Shown here in pieces: positions 9,812 to 21,216 of a DNA stretch of 64,000 nt. Below the pieces are notes generated by a model, which was given only the letters and a program-made list of their open reading frames with translations, made no database searches and was not told where the DNA came from. Numbering within the stretch: position 1 is the stretch's first letter; each line of letters opens with the position of its first letter. Position numbers and translations under genes: made by a program. The DNA is from Balamuthia mandrillaris (lineage: Eukaryota): NCBI GenBank assembly GCA_031835245.2, contig JAVKOQ020000040.1:186001-250000 (forward strand), given 5' to 3'.

Positions 9812-12355
9812 GATTAGCTGCCATCGTACTAAAATAATTTTTTTTTCTTGACAATCACAGTTTGCCCAAAAACTTTGCCGAGTTTTGCTTCTCCGAGGGA
9901 GTCGATGTGGTTCACTCCTCCACCAAACCTCCCGCAAGCTCCTCTTCCGCCGCTGTGCCTTTCATCTTTCGTCTTCCTTTGGGTTCCTCTTTGCCTTCTT
10001 CGTCTTCGTCGCCACCTCCTTCTTCTTCTGCTTCATCTTCTTCATCTCCTGACAGTGGGACACTAGCCAAAGAGTTTCCCTTTCTCTATGTCACTTGTCT
10101 CGTTCGCTTCGAGCCACTCTCAGAGCTTCCTTCTTTCATTCCACCTTCACCTGCTTCTTCTTGTTCTTGTTCTCCTTGTTCTTGTTCTTCTTCTTGTTCT
10201 TGTTCTTCTTCTTGTTCTTCTTCTTCTTCTTGTTCTTCTTCTTGTTCTTGTTCTTCTTCTTCTTCTTCTTCTTCTTCTTCTTCTTCTTCTTCTTCTTCTT
10301 CTTCTTCCGCAGCTCTTCAACACGCCGCAAATGGAACGATAGATGACACAGCAGCAAAACGAAAAGAACGAGACGAAATAAAACAGAAAGAGAAAGAGAA
10401 AGAAATAGAAGGTGAAGTGGACGAGGAACCACAACAGCAACCAGCAGAAGAAATCATCGACGACGAACAACAGACACAAAATGCAAATGAAGAAGAAACG
10501 AAAAAGGAAGAGAATGAGGGACGCCACTTTGAATGTCCCATTTGTGGACAAGCATTTCCTCTTGAGCGGATACTAGCCGTTCATTTGGAAGATTGGCATT
10601 CAAATAGTTCTTCATCTTCATCATCCTCTTCTGCTGATGTTGCTGCTGCTCCTGCTTCTTCTTCTTCTTATATTCCTTCGTCTATTACTAAACGGCTTCC
10701 ACAATTGAATACAGACAGCTTCGCCTATCAATGGAATAAGCTAAAGCAACAATTGAAAGCAGACACGACCACCGCTCTGCTTTCCTCTTCCTCTCCTGTT
10801 CGTTCCCGTCCGTCTCCTCTTTCTTCTTCGCCACCTCAACCAAAACAACAGCAACATCAACGAACTGCTTTGAGTAACTCTCTTCCAGCGTCATTCTTAT
10901 CTTCCTCCAATGTTGAAGTGAATGCCTATGCAAAACGTTGCTATTGTTTGTTGAGCATTTTTCCGTTTTTTGATATGCATTTTGAAGTTCTTCACGAGCT
11001 TTTAGGTGATTCGCTTTCTCTTTGCTGCTCTTCTCCTCTTCTTTGCTCTTCCTGGCTCTTCTTCTCTTCCCTGTAGCTGACTTTCAAACGGCGAATCAGA
11101 ACGTGAAGATTACGCTCGTCGTGAACGTGAATCTCGCTCTTCAAATAGGCAAGCACGGTTAGCACACCTCCCCAACGAAGGAGAGAGATCACAACAGCAG
11201 AAGCAGGAGAAGGACAAGGAAGGGACAACAAGTCCATCGATGACAAGAAGCACTGTTCTGGAGCTGCTATCAGGATACCATGCAGCACGCGTGCCGCTGC
11301 CTGGTCGGTCTGTCTCCTTTGTAACTCCTGCTCCTTTCTTCCGGCTCATCAGCTTCAGTTGTCCGGTAAGTTCTTATTTTCTCTCATTCCCTCGTTCCGT
11401 ATTCTTGCTAACGCTAGAAATGATGTGTAGGACAAAGACGTGGAGGGAACGATGCTTGGGGAGTGGTGTATAAGCCCGTTATTTAAAGCATTCTCTTTGG
11501 ACAATATCTTACGGATATTCGCAGCCCTTTTGATGGAAAAGCAAATCATCGTTGTATGCAAAGACCTAACCCTTCTTTCTGCTGTTGTGTACGTTCTCAC
11601 CTTTTCTTCCTCTCTTGGCTTTACTCTTCTCATCCTTGCTTAACATATTTAAATAATATCCACACAGACATTCAACCATACCAATGATACGGCCCTTGGA
11701 ATGGCAAGGCCTCCACATCCCTATATTGCCCAGAAGCATGTTGGGCTATCTGGAAGCGCCTGTGCCATACATTATGGGCACACAAAGCCTAGCCGACACT
11801 CAACTCAACCCGAAGATAGCCTCGGACGTGGTTTACGTGTTTCCGATGAATAACAAAGTGATCTGTCACAACTTGCCGCGTCTTCCTGAACTTAGCAAAT
11901 TGTAATATTCTCCCTGCGTTCTTCTTTCGTTTTTCTTCTTCTATCTTCTGCTCCTACTCTTCCTTTTCTTTCATTCTCCTTCTGTTCTAACCATATTGCA
12001 TAGATACTCAAATCTGTCGCCGCTGCATTCATCCATTCAAGCTTCTTCTCCACACCCGAAACCTTCCTTCTTCTCCAACACGCTTTCCTCTTCGCGGCAA
12101 ACCACGAGCATCGCCCAACAGACTCTCAAGGCCTTTCAGGAGTACCTTTGCTGGCTTACCGGTAAGATACTTGATCACAGGGCTGGCTTTGATCTCTCCA
12201 AAACGAGCGAGAAGGAGATTCAACAGAGCTTCTTGGAGAGCATTAACTCGCAGAACAGAGAGTTTGTGTCCAGCTTCCTTCGCACGCAGCTCTGGGATGC
12301 CGCCAAGTATTCCTCCCCTCGAATCTCCTCTTCTCCTGAAGTATCTCAAGAATGA
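9558..12355 (+). CDS. DENN-domain Rab GEF with an inserted C2H2-like finger
   Basis: uDENN (LFSHFAVVGL, FAEFCFSEG), YAKRCYCLLSIFPFF, cDENN (LFKAFSLDNILRIFAALLMEKQIIV, IRPLEWQGLHIPILP, YLEAPVPYIMG) and dDENN (FVSSFLRTQLW); several introns. Confidence 0.92.
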
Positions 12356-12468
12356 AAAATATGCAAACTATATTTATGTAGACAAATAAAATTCGTTTTA
12401 AATTATTTCCAAGAAAAGAAACAAAGGAAAGAAAAACCAAAGACTCAAAAACAACAAGCGAAAAGAAA

Positions 12469-13366
12469 ATGGATGTTGTCGAAGAGAGTCTATTGCCGAG
12501 CAGAGGAGGTTTGTTTGTTTTCCACGCTTGTACACAAATGCCCGTGATGATCATCTGTTTATTGATTATTTTTAATGTAACAGACTTTATTGATTTCCTT
12601 GTGGAGTTTTTGGAAGTAGCAGTTCATCAGATCTTGTACCAAAGAAATGTCTATCCAAGGGGTTGGTTGCTTTGCTCTCAGCCTTTGTCCCTCCTATTTG
12701 TACAGAATGACCTCACCTTATGAATACGCAGAGTCGTTTGCTCGAAGAACAAAGTACGATACGCCGGTTCACATGAGCAGAGTTCCGATCGTTTGCGACT
12801 ACGTTGCTGAAATACTAGAAAACTTGCGCGGAGCCATGTCAGAGGTACCTCCTCCTCCTCTTCTCCTAGAACTCCTTCTCCTGACTCTTGCACAGAACCT
12901 GGTGGACAAAGTGCGTATCATGATCTACGACGAAAGAAACCTCCCTCAGGAATGTTACGTCTTCGAGTTGGATCTCCCTATCGGCGCAACCTCTTCCAAA
13001 ACAGGAGGAGGAGAAGCCCTTGATGACACCTCCGCCACCAATGCAGACTGGGCCATACAGCTCTCCAAAGAGCTGCAAGGCTTTCTGTTGAAGATGAACG
13101 TGGCGGAGGCTTATCTCCGCCCTTTAAACCAAAACCACAAGCAAGCGACAACGTTCGCCTCATGGTCCTTCATCGTGGAGACCAAAGAGAAGATACCGGG
13201 GGGAGACGTCTGGATAAGAACGGAGGCCGGCAAAGCAGCCATGGAGACCGATGCTGTCATCATTCCGCTCAAGTCCCTTCAGACCAACCTGCATTCCGCT
13301 CGTTTCCAGCTTTACGTGGAAGACATTACTGCCGCTTCTTCCAATGGCGGTGGTGCTCATCGATAG
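12469..13366 (+). CDS. REV7: HORMA-domain protein, DNA polymerase zeta subunit REV7/MAD2L2
   Basis: [52 protein letters not shown]; three short introns. Confidence 0.88.
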
Positions 13367-13405
13367 CAAGCCCATTTACGATGTTGTTTTGTACAGAAAA
13401 AAGAT

Positions 13406-13858
13406 TTACTGCGTTGCGTTCTTGTAACATTGCTTCAAGAATGGGTTGTTGCTCTCGTGCACCACGGTCTCAAGCAACGTGTGCAACGCCTCTTCCTTTG
13501 TTGCTCGTAATTGTGCAAAGAAAGTGGTGAGAGCTTCTTCCGTCTCCTCCATAACAACTTGTGTTGTTGTTCCTCTCTTTTGTCGCTTTGTTTTGGTGCC
13601 CCCACCACGTCTACGAGACCTGGCCGCAGCGGAAGCCGACGAAGAACGACGAAAATCTCCCATCTTCTCGGAGAAGGAGGAGAAGAAGGAAGAGGACATC
13701 TCGTACCAATCCATGATGCGCTCTGCTTGCACTGCTGAAGTGTCCATGTCCAACAACATAAAGCGAGAATCTTGGAGGTATCCTTTCATTATGGCATCCA
13801 AATAGAACGAATGAAAGTCCCTGTTGCCCCTTTTATTTTGTTTTGTGAATAAAGCGAG

Positions 13859-13889
<31 letters not shown>

Positions 13890-15876
13890 AGAGAGAGGTA
13901 CTCTAAACAATCAATTATGAGGGCGATGTTGGGGTGGAGAGCTTTTTGCTTGTTTCCCTCTGATGCTTCACCTTCGTTGTCTTGTTCGAGATCCCTGGAG
14001 TCAGCCACCAAAAACAGTCCACTGCCCTTTTCTGCAGTTCTCAAAGCTATTACCGTCACCCAATGTGTCTTCGTCAATCCTTTTAAATTTTGTCAACCAG
14101 TTGAATAGAACGACCAAAGTAAAGAGAAAGCAGAGATTTGACAAAGACAGACGAATAAAAGTACCAATAAGGAATGCCATGGCTTTGGCATCGCCATTTC
14201 TAAACGCGCACATCTGTTTGTGCAAGCGAAGCACCTGCGCACTTCCCAACGGATCGCTTTGTACATAGTCGAGGTCTGCGATGACAACCAGCTTCTCGGT
14301 GCCGAGTTCCAGCAAGATGTCATCCTGTTTCAGCAGGGAGAGCACGTAGTTCCTCTCCATAATACCGCTCTTGATGTTCTTCTCGCTCCAAACGATGTCC
14401 ACTTTGCGAGAGTGACGAGCGGCCTCCTCGTGCTTTTGCTTTGACACGTTCAACAGCACTTCCTGCCAATGGAAGAAGAGCACCCAAAAATAGATGGGAT
14501 TTGCCATCAGTTGGAAGAGAAGACGAAGGAGCTCCTCGCGCTCCATTTGCTCATCTAAGCAGTGTTGAGCAGCCATTAAGCCCATCACCGCGTTTTTCAG
14601 CGCGTGATAGCCACAACTAGCTCCGTCCCTTTAAAGATACAGGAGGAAAAGAGGTAAGGATAATAATGACCGAGGAAAAAATAGGGGATTGGACGGTTGA
14701 CGGACCATTGCCGATAAACTGGCATGTGGATAACAGTTCCGTGTTGGATTCCATAGTCTTCATCGTCGTTGGTAGCATTAGAAAGAAGCGCAGATAAGGA
14801 ACGCAAATTATTAACAGACGTGATGGCGTCATTGGAAAGATGCAATAGCCTTGATGCTGGTCTGGTCGGTGCTGGGAACTCGTTCAAGAACGAGGCTGTG
14901 GGCAGGTGGTCCATTCCTTCTATCAACAGCGACAAGCTCAGAGGAGGAGGCCAATTGATAGAAGATGAACAGGAAGAGGAAGAGGAAGAAGGAAGCACAT
15001 ATGATAGACACTTTCTCAGCTCTTCGTCCATCACCAACAAATGGAACCAGTTATGTTCGCCAATCTTCTGTCTTTGTACGTCTTTTTCCTCTTTCTCATC
15101 TTCCATTTGCTTTGCTTTTTCTTCTTCATCGCATTTGAACACAGCCAACATTGCTGACAAAAGATCAACAGAAGAAGAGGCCTGCTTCTCGGGTATCTTT
15201 TTCTGTAGCTGAGTTTCGGAAGTCGAAGCTGCAGAGTTTTCTGTCAGTGCTTTGTTGTTGGCAATTCTGAGAACACGCAAGTGGTGTCTTTGCCAAAGGT
15301 CATGAATGTCTTGAGGTAAGTCTGTCAAGTTATTATTATCAAGTTCCAAGGCTATTAACGAATGAAGACCCGACAAAGGGTGATAAGTATTTGTTCCGTC
15401 GTTCTTCTTTTGTCCGGTTGGTGTCGTTGTTGCTGTTAAGGTTTGGAGTCTATTGGAGTCGATGCGAAGTAACTCCAAACGGGAAAGCAGGGAGAGAGTA
15501 GAAGGCAGCTCCGCTAATTCGTTGTGGTCCAGATAGAGCAGCTTCAGTGCTGTGAATCTTTCAAACAACTCTTTTGGTAACGCTTTCAGCTGGTTGTGAC
15601 TAAAGTTTAATACCCGAAGCTCGGAAGAAGAAGAAGAACAAGAAGAAGAACAAGAAGAAGAAGCAGCTGAGTAAGATTTGTTGGGTGGAGAGATGGAAGA
15701 GATGCGATTGTCGGAGAGGTGGAGAGCTTGCAATGTGTTTGGCAGCTCAAAGAACGTGGCGGGAAGTTCCTCCAGCATGTTGTACGACAGATTGAGATAT
15801 TGCAGTCGTGGAAAGCTGCTCCAAAACTGTTTTGGAAGGCTCGACTGAATAATAAAGAGTGAAAAATAAACAAAGT

Positions 15877-15916
<40 letters not shown>

Positions 15917-16342
15917 CTAACGTACAATCATGTTGCCATAAAGAACAAGGCTCTCGAGGTTAGCCAAGGCCAACAGCGAAGCCGGCACATGAGTGAGGTT
16001 ATTATTGTTCAACACCAACATCTTGAGGCAAGTGAGGGTCTCTACGCCAGGCGGCAGCGCCGTCAAAAGATTGTAGCTCAGGTTCAACTTTTGGAGAGGA
16101 CATTCCCCGCCGGCGGATCCGAATGAGGCAGAGGAGAAGCACTCGTCTTGTAACCTACAGAAGCGAAGCTCCAAGCCCTTCAATTCGTGTAACAAAGGAG
16201 GAACATCACTCCTCCTTTCTTCTTCTTCAGAGGGTGAGGCGGAGAAGAGCGCTTTCGGGAGGCGCTCGACGGGATACTCGATAGTGAGGTTCTTTGTGTG
16301 GCGGGCTTCCTCCAACAACCAAGAAGACCCTAACCGGTGCAT
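13406..16342 (-). CDS. Leucine-rich-repeat protein with a C-terminal papain-like cysteine peptidase domain
   Basis: N-terminal LRRs (LQKLNLSYNLLTALP, LKLLYLDHNELAELP etc.). Splicing introns 14629-14705 and 14080-14164 gives VYRQWDGASCGYHALKN ... AFLIGLTKTHWVTV ... FLVADS. Confidence 0.8.
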
Positions 16343-16790
16343 GTGAGCGAGGAGACAGCAGCTGGCAGCGAACTTTGGTTTGAAGGGTTTGAACCAAAAC
16401 AAGAAGAAGAAGAACAAGTGAGGGTCATCCTTTTCTCTGCTGCTTACAAAGGATTTTTTGGTTCGATGAAAAAAAGAAAAAACGTGCCCGAGATGAGCAG
16501 CAATGCTGCAGCAAAACTGCACCTCGGAGTATTTCAGTGCCATGCTTCGCTTTGGTGGTGAAGAGGAAGAAGAAGAGGAAGAGGGAGAAGAAGGAGAAAG
16601 AGGAGGTCATCGATGGTCTTCGTTGAGCGCAAGACAACAGCAACAAGGAAGAGGAGGCGGTCACCGCAAGTGGTAAGAACCTGTTTCTTTTCTTTTCTTT
16701 ACATATTCCGGTTTTTGTCTTTTTTCAGGAAACGATTCAACCTGCCGTTGAGAGGGAGAGCTGTTGTACAAAGCTTTCTGTGCTTGTTGT

Positions 16791-18191
16791 TCATTCTTCC
16801 CCGAGACCAAGAGCCTCTTCCATGGATCGTTTGGCCTCTTCTGTCTCAATGTCCCCGCTCACTTGAGCCAGGTCAAAGAGAACAACCTTTTCTTCTCCAG
16901 CAGTATCCAGATACCTTCCCACATGACTCCACTTGAGGTCGTCGTGTTTTATTCTGTGCTGTGAAAGCTGTGCAATGGCTGCCCGCGTAGCTGCTCTCAG
17001 ATGTGGAGGTGGGTCAAAAGGGTCGCCACTTCCCGCACAGGGATTCACGTACGGCATGACCACTGCATCGTTCTGCCCTAGCTTCAGTGCGAAGGCTTTC
17101 CTGCCCCACACGTTCGTCCATATAGCTGCCTCACGCCTGCAGGCGAGTAGGGCCTCCTCCCCGTTTCTTCTCGAGAACTTGACAACGCATCCTTTTCCTT
17201 GCGGTGTGCTGGCGAGCAAAACGTTGCCGTCGGCTCCCCCGTGAAGATCAGCAAGGAGCCAGAATACATTGTCTTCGTCAGTGAGTTCCACCCCAAATAC
17301 GATATCAATGAGCGATTTCTCTGCCCAGCAGAACATGTCACGTTTCGCCAAGAGACCAGTGCCTTCCATGAGATAATGGATCGAGGGTGCCGGCTGCATA
17401 GGTGAACGTTCCATCTTCCTGACGGCGGAGGTTAAGATCAAAGGCAAGCTAGGATGTGTGCAGGAGTAGAGCGGCGTGGCGTAGAATTGTCGTTCGTCCC
17501 GATGTTGGACTTTATCCTTGTTCTGATCTGGCAAGTTGCTGTCAGCGACCCACTGCGGGGTAGGGGGAAGAAAGGACCACAGCTGAAACCTCCTTTCGAC
17601 GGGGGGAGGCAACTCCTCGGCTTGGGCCAGCTGATTGGCGTCCGGCAGCCAGCAAACGCGCCACTGCTCGTACGTTGTAAGAATACCGAAAACGTATCGA
17701 AGTCCAGAGAAAGAGCGCAGGGCCATCATGTAGTCGTAGATCTGCCCATTGACTTCGTTTTTGTCAAAGATGTTCTCCGTTGGCTTTTTGACTTCGACAA
17801 TTCCGATAGGCACCGTCTTTTGCTTCACCAGGTATACGTCTGATTTCTGCTGTCTGGAGTTGATGGAGAACATGGTCAGGTCCTCCTGAACGCTGACAAA
17901 CGCTCCAATACCGGCGGCAGTCAGCACGTCCTTGAGAGCCGTTACTACATTTCGTTGGATATCTTTCTCGGAGCCCCAAGCCAGTGCGTTTGGATTTTCG
18001 TCGCTATCGAACCAAAGGCGGGACGGGGCTCGTACGAGCGGAGGTTCAGCAATGACCAACCCCAATTCCCTCTCCTCAATAATAAAAGCGGCCTGCCTGC
18101 CCTTGTCGTAATGAGCAGAACTGGAGGACGCTCCCCTAGAGCCAAGAGGGGGCAGGCCGTTGTCGATGATGTTCTTGGGGACCCCCTGCAT
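16791..18191 (-). CDS. Crinkler-type restriction-endonuclease-fold plus protein-kinase-like protein (DUF5898-like)
   Basis: Intronless 466 aa. SEKDIQ...SDVYLV...GIVEVKKP...GQIYDYM...FGILTTYEQWRVCW (PD-(D/E)xK fold), then GGADGNV, CVVKF, VVMPY, HDDLKWSHVG and VLFDL (kinase subdomains). Confidence 0.82.
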   Translation of the reverse strand: MQGVPKNIIDNGLPPLGSRGASSSSAHYDKGRQAAFIIEERELGLVIAEPPLVRAPSRLWFDSDENPNALAWGSEKDIQRNVVTALKDVLTAAGIGAFVSVQEDLTMFSINSRQQKSDVYLVKQKTVPIGIVEVKKPTENIFDKNEVNGQIYDYMMALRSFSGLRYVFGILTTYEQWRVCWLPDANQLAQAEELPPPVERRFQLWSFLPPTPQWVADSNLPDQNKDKVQHRDERQFYATPLYSCTHPSLPLILTSAVRKMERSPMQPAPSIHYLMEGTGLLAKRDMFCWAEKSLIDIVFGVELTDEDNVFWLLADLHGGADGNVLLASTPQGKGCVVKFSRRNGEEALLACRREAAIWTNVWGRKAFALKLGQNDAVVMPYVNPCAGSGDPFDPPPHLRAATRAAIAQLSQHRIKHDDLKWSHVGRYLDTAGEEKVVLFDLAQVSGDIETEEAKRSMEEALGLGEE

Positions 18192-18409
18192 GTCCTGCGC
18201 AAAAGAATATCCTTTTGCAGACTATCGGCACTATAATGCCGATAGGCCCTATTGGCATTTATCGTAAAAAACAATAAATATTTACTCAATTATTCAAATA
18301 TTTTATTGCAATAATTTTGTAAAATATTGTTGGCAAGACGAGCGAAAGAACGGAGTACTGGGAAGAAGCATTTGGTACCGTAGAGACAGAGGGGCAAGCG
18401 AGCGAACCT

Positions 18410-20003
18410 ATGGACGAAAGGGTCACCATGCAAGCCGGCAGTTATTTTGATTTTTTGAGGGAAGCAGTGGATCCTGTTCGCTTGGTGGAAGAAATCAAGG
18501 AAAAACTTGGTGACGAAAAAGAAAAGTTCGAGGACAGCAAGGCCTGGTTTGGAGAGCGGTTGGGATCAAACGTTGTTCAAATGTTGGAAGACGGGACCCT
18601 TGTGGAGCTAGAGCACCTTCGTTTGATGTATTTTTTGATGCTACACACGGGAAAACAACTGGAAGCTTTTTGTGGCACTCGTAGCCTCCCGCACAGCGGC
18701 AAAAAGGCGGTCAAAGCCTTTCGAATTCTTCAAAGTTTTTACTGCGGCTGGGAAGAGGACATCGAACCCCCTTTCAAAGATCTTGCTGATTTTCCATTTG
18801 ATGGTCCAGGGACAGAAGGTCCGCCAGAAAGGTTCCGTGAGAACCTTGGCACTTCGTTTTCGTTGCTTGACCTGTTCCTCCAGTACATCACCTTGGACTT
18901 GCTAACCACGTGGATGAACTACACCAACCGTAAAGCAGAGATCTTGATTGGAACCAACGAGAAGCCAAGTTATTATAAGTACGGTGCGTGGCCTCCCATA
19001 TACTTTGCGAGCTGGGTTCCAGTTGCTGTGGAAGACATGAAGAGGTGGTTGGCTGTGCTACTCGGCAAAAATTGCTTGGGAAAAGGCGTGTCACGTGATG
19101 AGTTCTGGTCCTCTGGTTCTTGGTTTTCTGTGGACTTTTCACGACTGAACAAGATCATGGGAAGAGACCGATGGAGCGCTATTTCTTCCTTCTTTTGTAT
19201 CTACAATCTGGATGACGACACTCCTGGTACTCACACAACTCCCTACTGGAAAGTAGCAGAACTCTTTTCATGTTTTAACCAGCGTTGTAAGGCCAATTTT
19301 TCCCCTTCCCGTTTTCTATCACACGATGAACAGTGCGTCAAGAATGGACACCCTACAGGCTTGCGACATATCAAACTGCCAAAGAAATTCGTGACCGTTG
19401 GTGTGCGGATCGAAGCGGTCTCAACAACAACTGGCGTGTTACTTGGTTTCATGATCGATTTCCCTGGTACTACCCACTTTGATCAAACCATTGAGCTTAT
19501 TCAGCAGCTGACTTACTCTGGCCATGTTCTCTTCATGGACCGACTGTACACATCCTTCAAGTTGGTGCAAGCAGCCAAAACCTACAACACCTACATCTGC
19601 AGAACGTGTTGTACTGATTGAGGCTTCCCAGTTGCTTTGGTGAGAGAGGATTTAGAGCCTGGACAGTGGATGTCACTGCACAACCATGGTGTTAATGCTT
19701 TTGCTTGGAAGGCCTCTTCTCTGGTTCAATTCTTGTCTTCATACCACAAACCTGTTGCAAGCATTGTTCTTCGACGAGTCAAAGGACATGCTGGACGAAT
19801 TGAACAGATGTGTCCAACAGCTGCTGTAGACTTCAACCTTGGAATGGGCGGAAATGACTGTGGAGATATGCTACGCTCACGGATGACAGCCCACTGCAAA
19901 TCAAAAAAGTGGTGGAAAGGTTTGTTCTCTCTGTCTTTGTCTTTCTCTGTCTCTGTCTCTCTGTCTCTCGGTCTCTTTGTGTCTCTGCCTCGCTGTCTCT
20001 CTG

Positions 20004-20054
<51 letters not shown>

Positions 20055-21216
20055 GTCTCTGTCTCTGTCTCTTTCTCTTTGTCTCGCTCTTTGTTTCTTT
20101 CTCTGTCTCTCTCTTTGTCTCTTTCTCTTGTCTTTCTCTCTCTGTCTCTGTTTCTATCTCTGTATCTTTCTCTCTGTCTCTCTTTCTTTGTCTCTCTCTT
20201 GTCTTTCTCTCTGTCTCTGTTTTTATCTCTGTCTTTCTCTTTCTGTCTCTCTCTCTCTCTCTGTCTCTCTCTCTGTCTCTCTGTTTCTCTCTCTGTCTCT
20301 CTCTTTCTCTCTGTTTCTCTCTCTTGTCTCTCTCTCTCTGCCTCTCTCTCTTTGTCTCTTTCTCTGTTTCTATCTCTCTCTTGTCTCTCTCTCTCTGCCT
20401 CTCTCTCTCTTTGTCTCTTTCTCTGTTTCTATCTCTGTCTCTCTCTGTCTCTCTCTCCCTCTCTTCTTTGTCTCTTTCTCTGTTTCTCTCTCTCTTGTCT
20501 CTCTCTCTCTGCCTCTCTCTCTCTTTGTCTCTTTCTCTGTTTTTATCTCTGTCTCTCTCTCTCTCTATCTTTCTCTCTCTCTCTCTGTCTCTGGCTGTAT
20601 CTCTCTCTCTATCTCTCTCTCTCTCTCTCTCTGTTTCTCTCTCTGTCTCTCTCTCTTGTCTCTCTCTCTTGTCTCTCTCTGTCTCTCTCTCTGCCTCTCT
20701 GTCTCTCTCTCTCTCTGTCTCTCTCTCTTTCTCTGCCTCTCTTTCTCTCTCTCTCCATGCTAAACAACAACCACCACAGGTTTGTTCTTTTATGTCATTG
20801 ACCAAGCTATTATTTGTGTGTTTCGGATTTGGAACTTGATAGTACCAGAACATCGCTTCAAGATGCGACGTGCTATTGAAGAGTTGATCTGTTGTTTGGT
20901 GGATGATCCCAGCTTTTTTGCAGGCGAGCAACCACAACTTCCTAATGCATCTACCTTCACACTAACACCACCAACTAAAAAGCGCACCCGAATAAATGTT
21001 GACTGCCAACTACCAGAAGATCGCCTTAGCAAAAACTTCGCCCATTTGCCACAGTGTAGTGGAAAACCACAAAATTGTGTGGTGTGCTACCGCAAAGATC
21101 CAGCACGCAAGAACCCCACCTGCTCTCACTTCTTCTGCTCACATTGCAACATTACCCTCTGCATTAAGAAAGACAAAAACTGCTTCAAAGAGTACCACCA
21201 ACCAAATGATCAATAA
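18410..21216 (+). pseudogene. piggyBac (PGBD-like) DDD transposase with in-frame stop and one intron
   Basis: LSHDEQ, LFMDRLYTS and MGGNDCGD are the catalytic-Asp equivalents; KSKKWWK; C-terminal Cys-rich domain CVVC...CSHCNITLC...CFKEYH; TGA at 19619-19621 with the frame continuing beyond it; intron 19920-20779. Confidence 0.9.
19925..20755. repeat. Degenerate (CT)n/(CTGTCT)n microsatellite filling the transposase intron
   Basis: About 830 bp of almost pure pyrimidine repeat with internal duplicated blocks. Confidence 0.95.

Noticed and set aside
18207..18216. ATATCCTTTT as a U12 (AT-AC) intron donor
   Set aside because: It occurs inverted at 21319-21328 and is better explained as target duplication plus transposon end; no host exon uses it.
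19619..19621. In-frame TGA as selenocysteine or programmed readthrough
   Set aside because: The position corresponds to an Arg in piggyBac motifs and is simply explained by CGA>TGA; I saw no SECIS-like element.
19726..20937. Long ER/RD-rich and LS-rich ORFs on both strands
   Set aside because: They are translations of the (CT)n tract inside the transposase intron.
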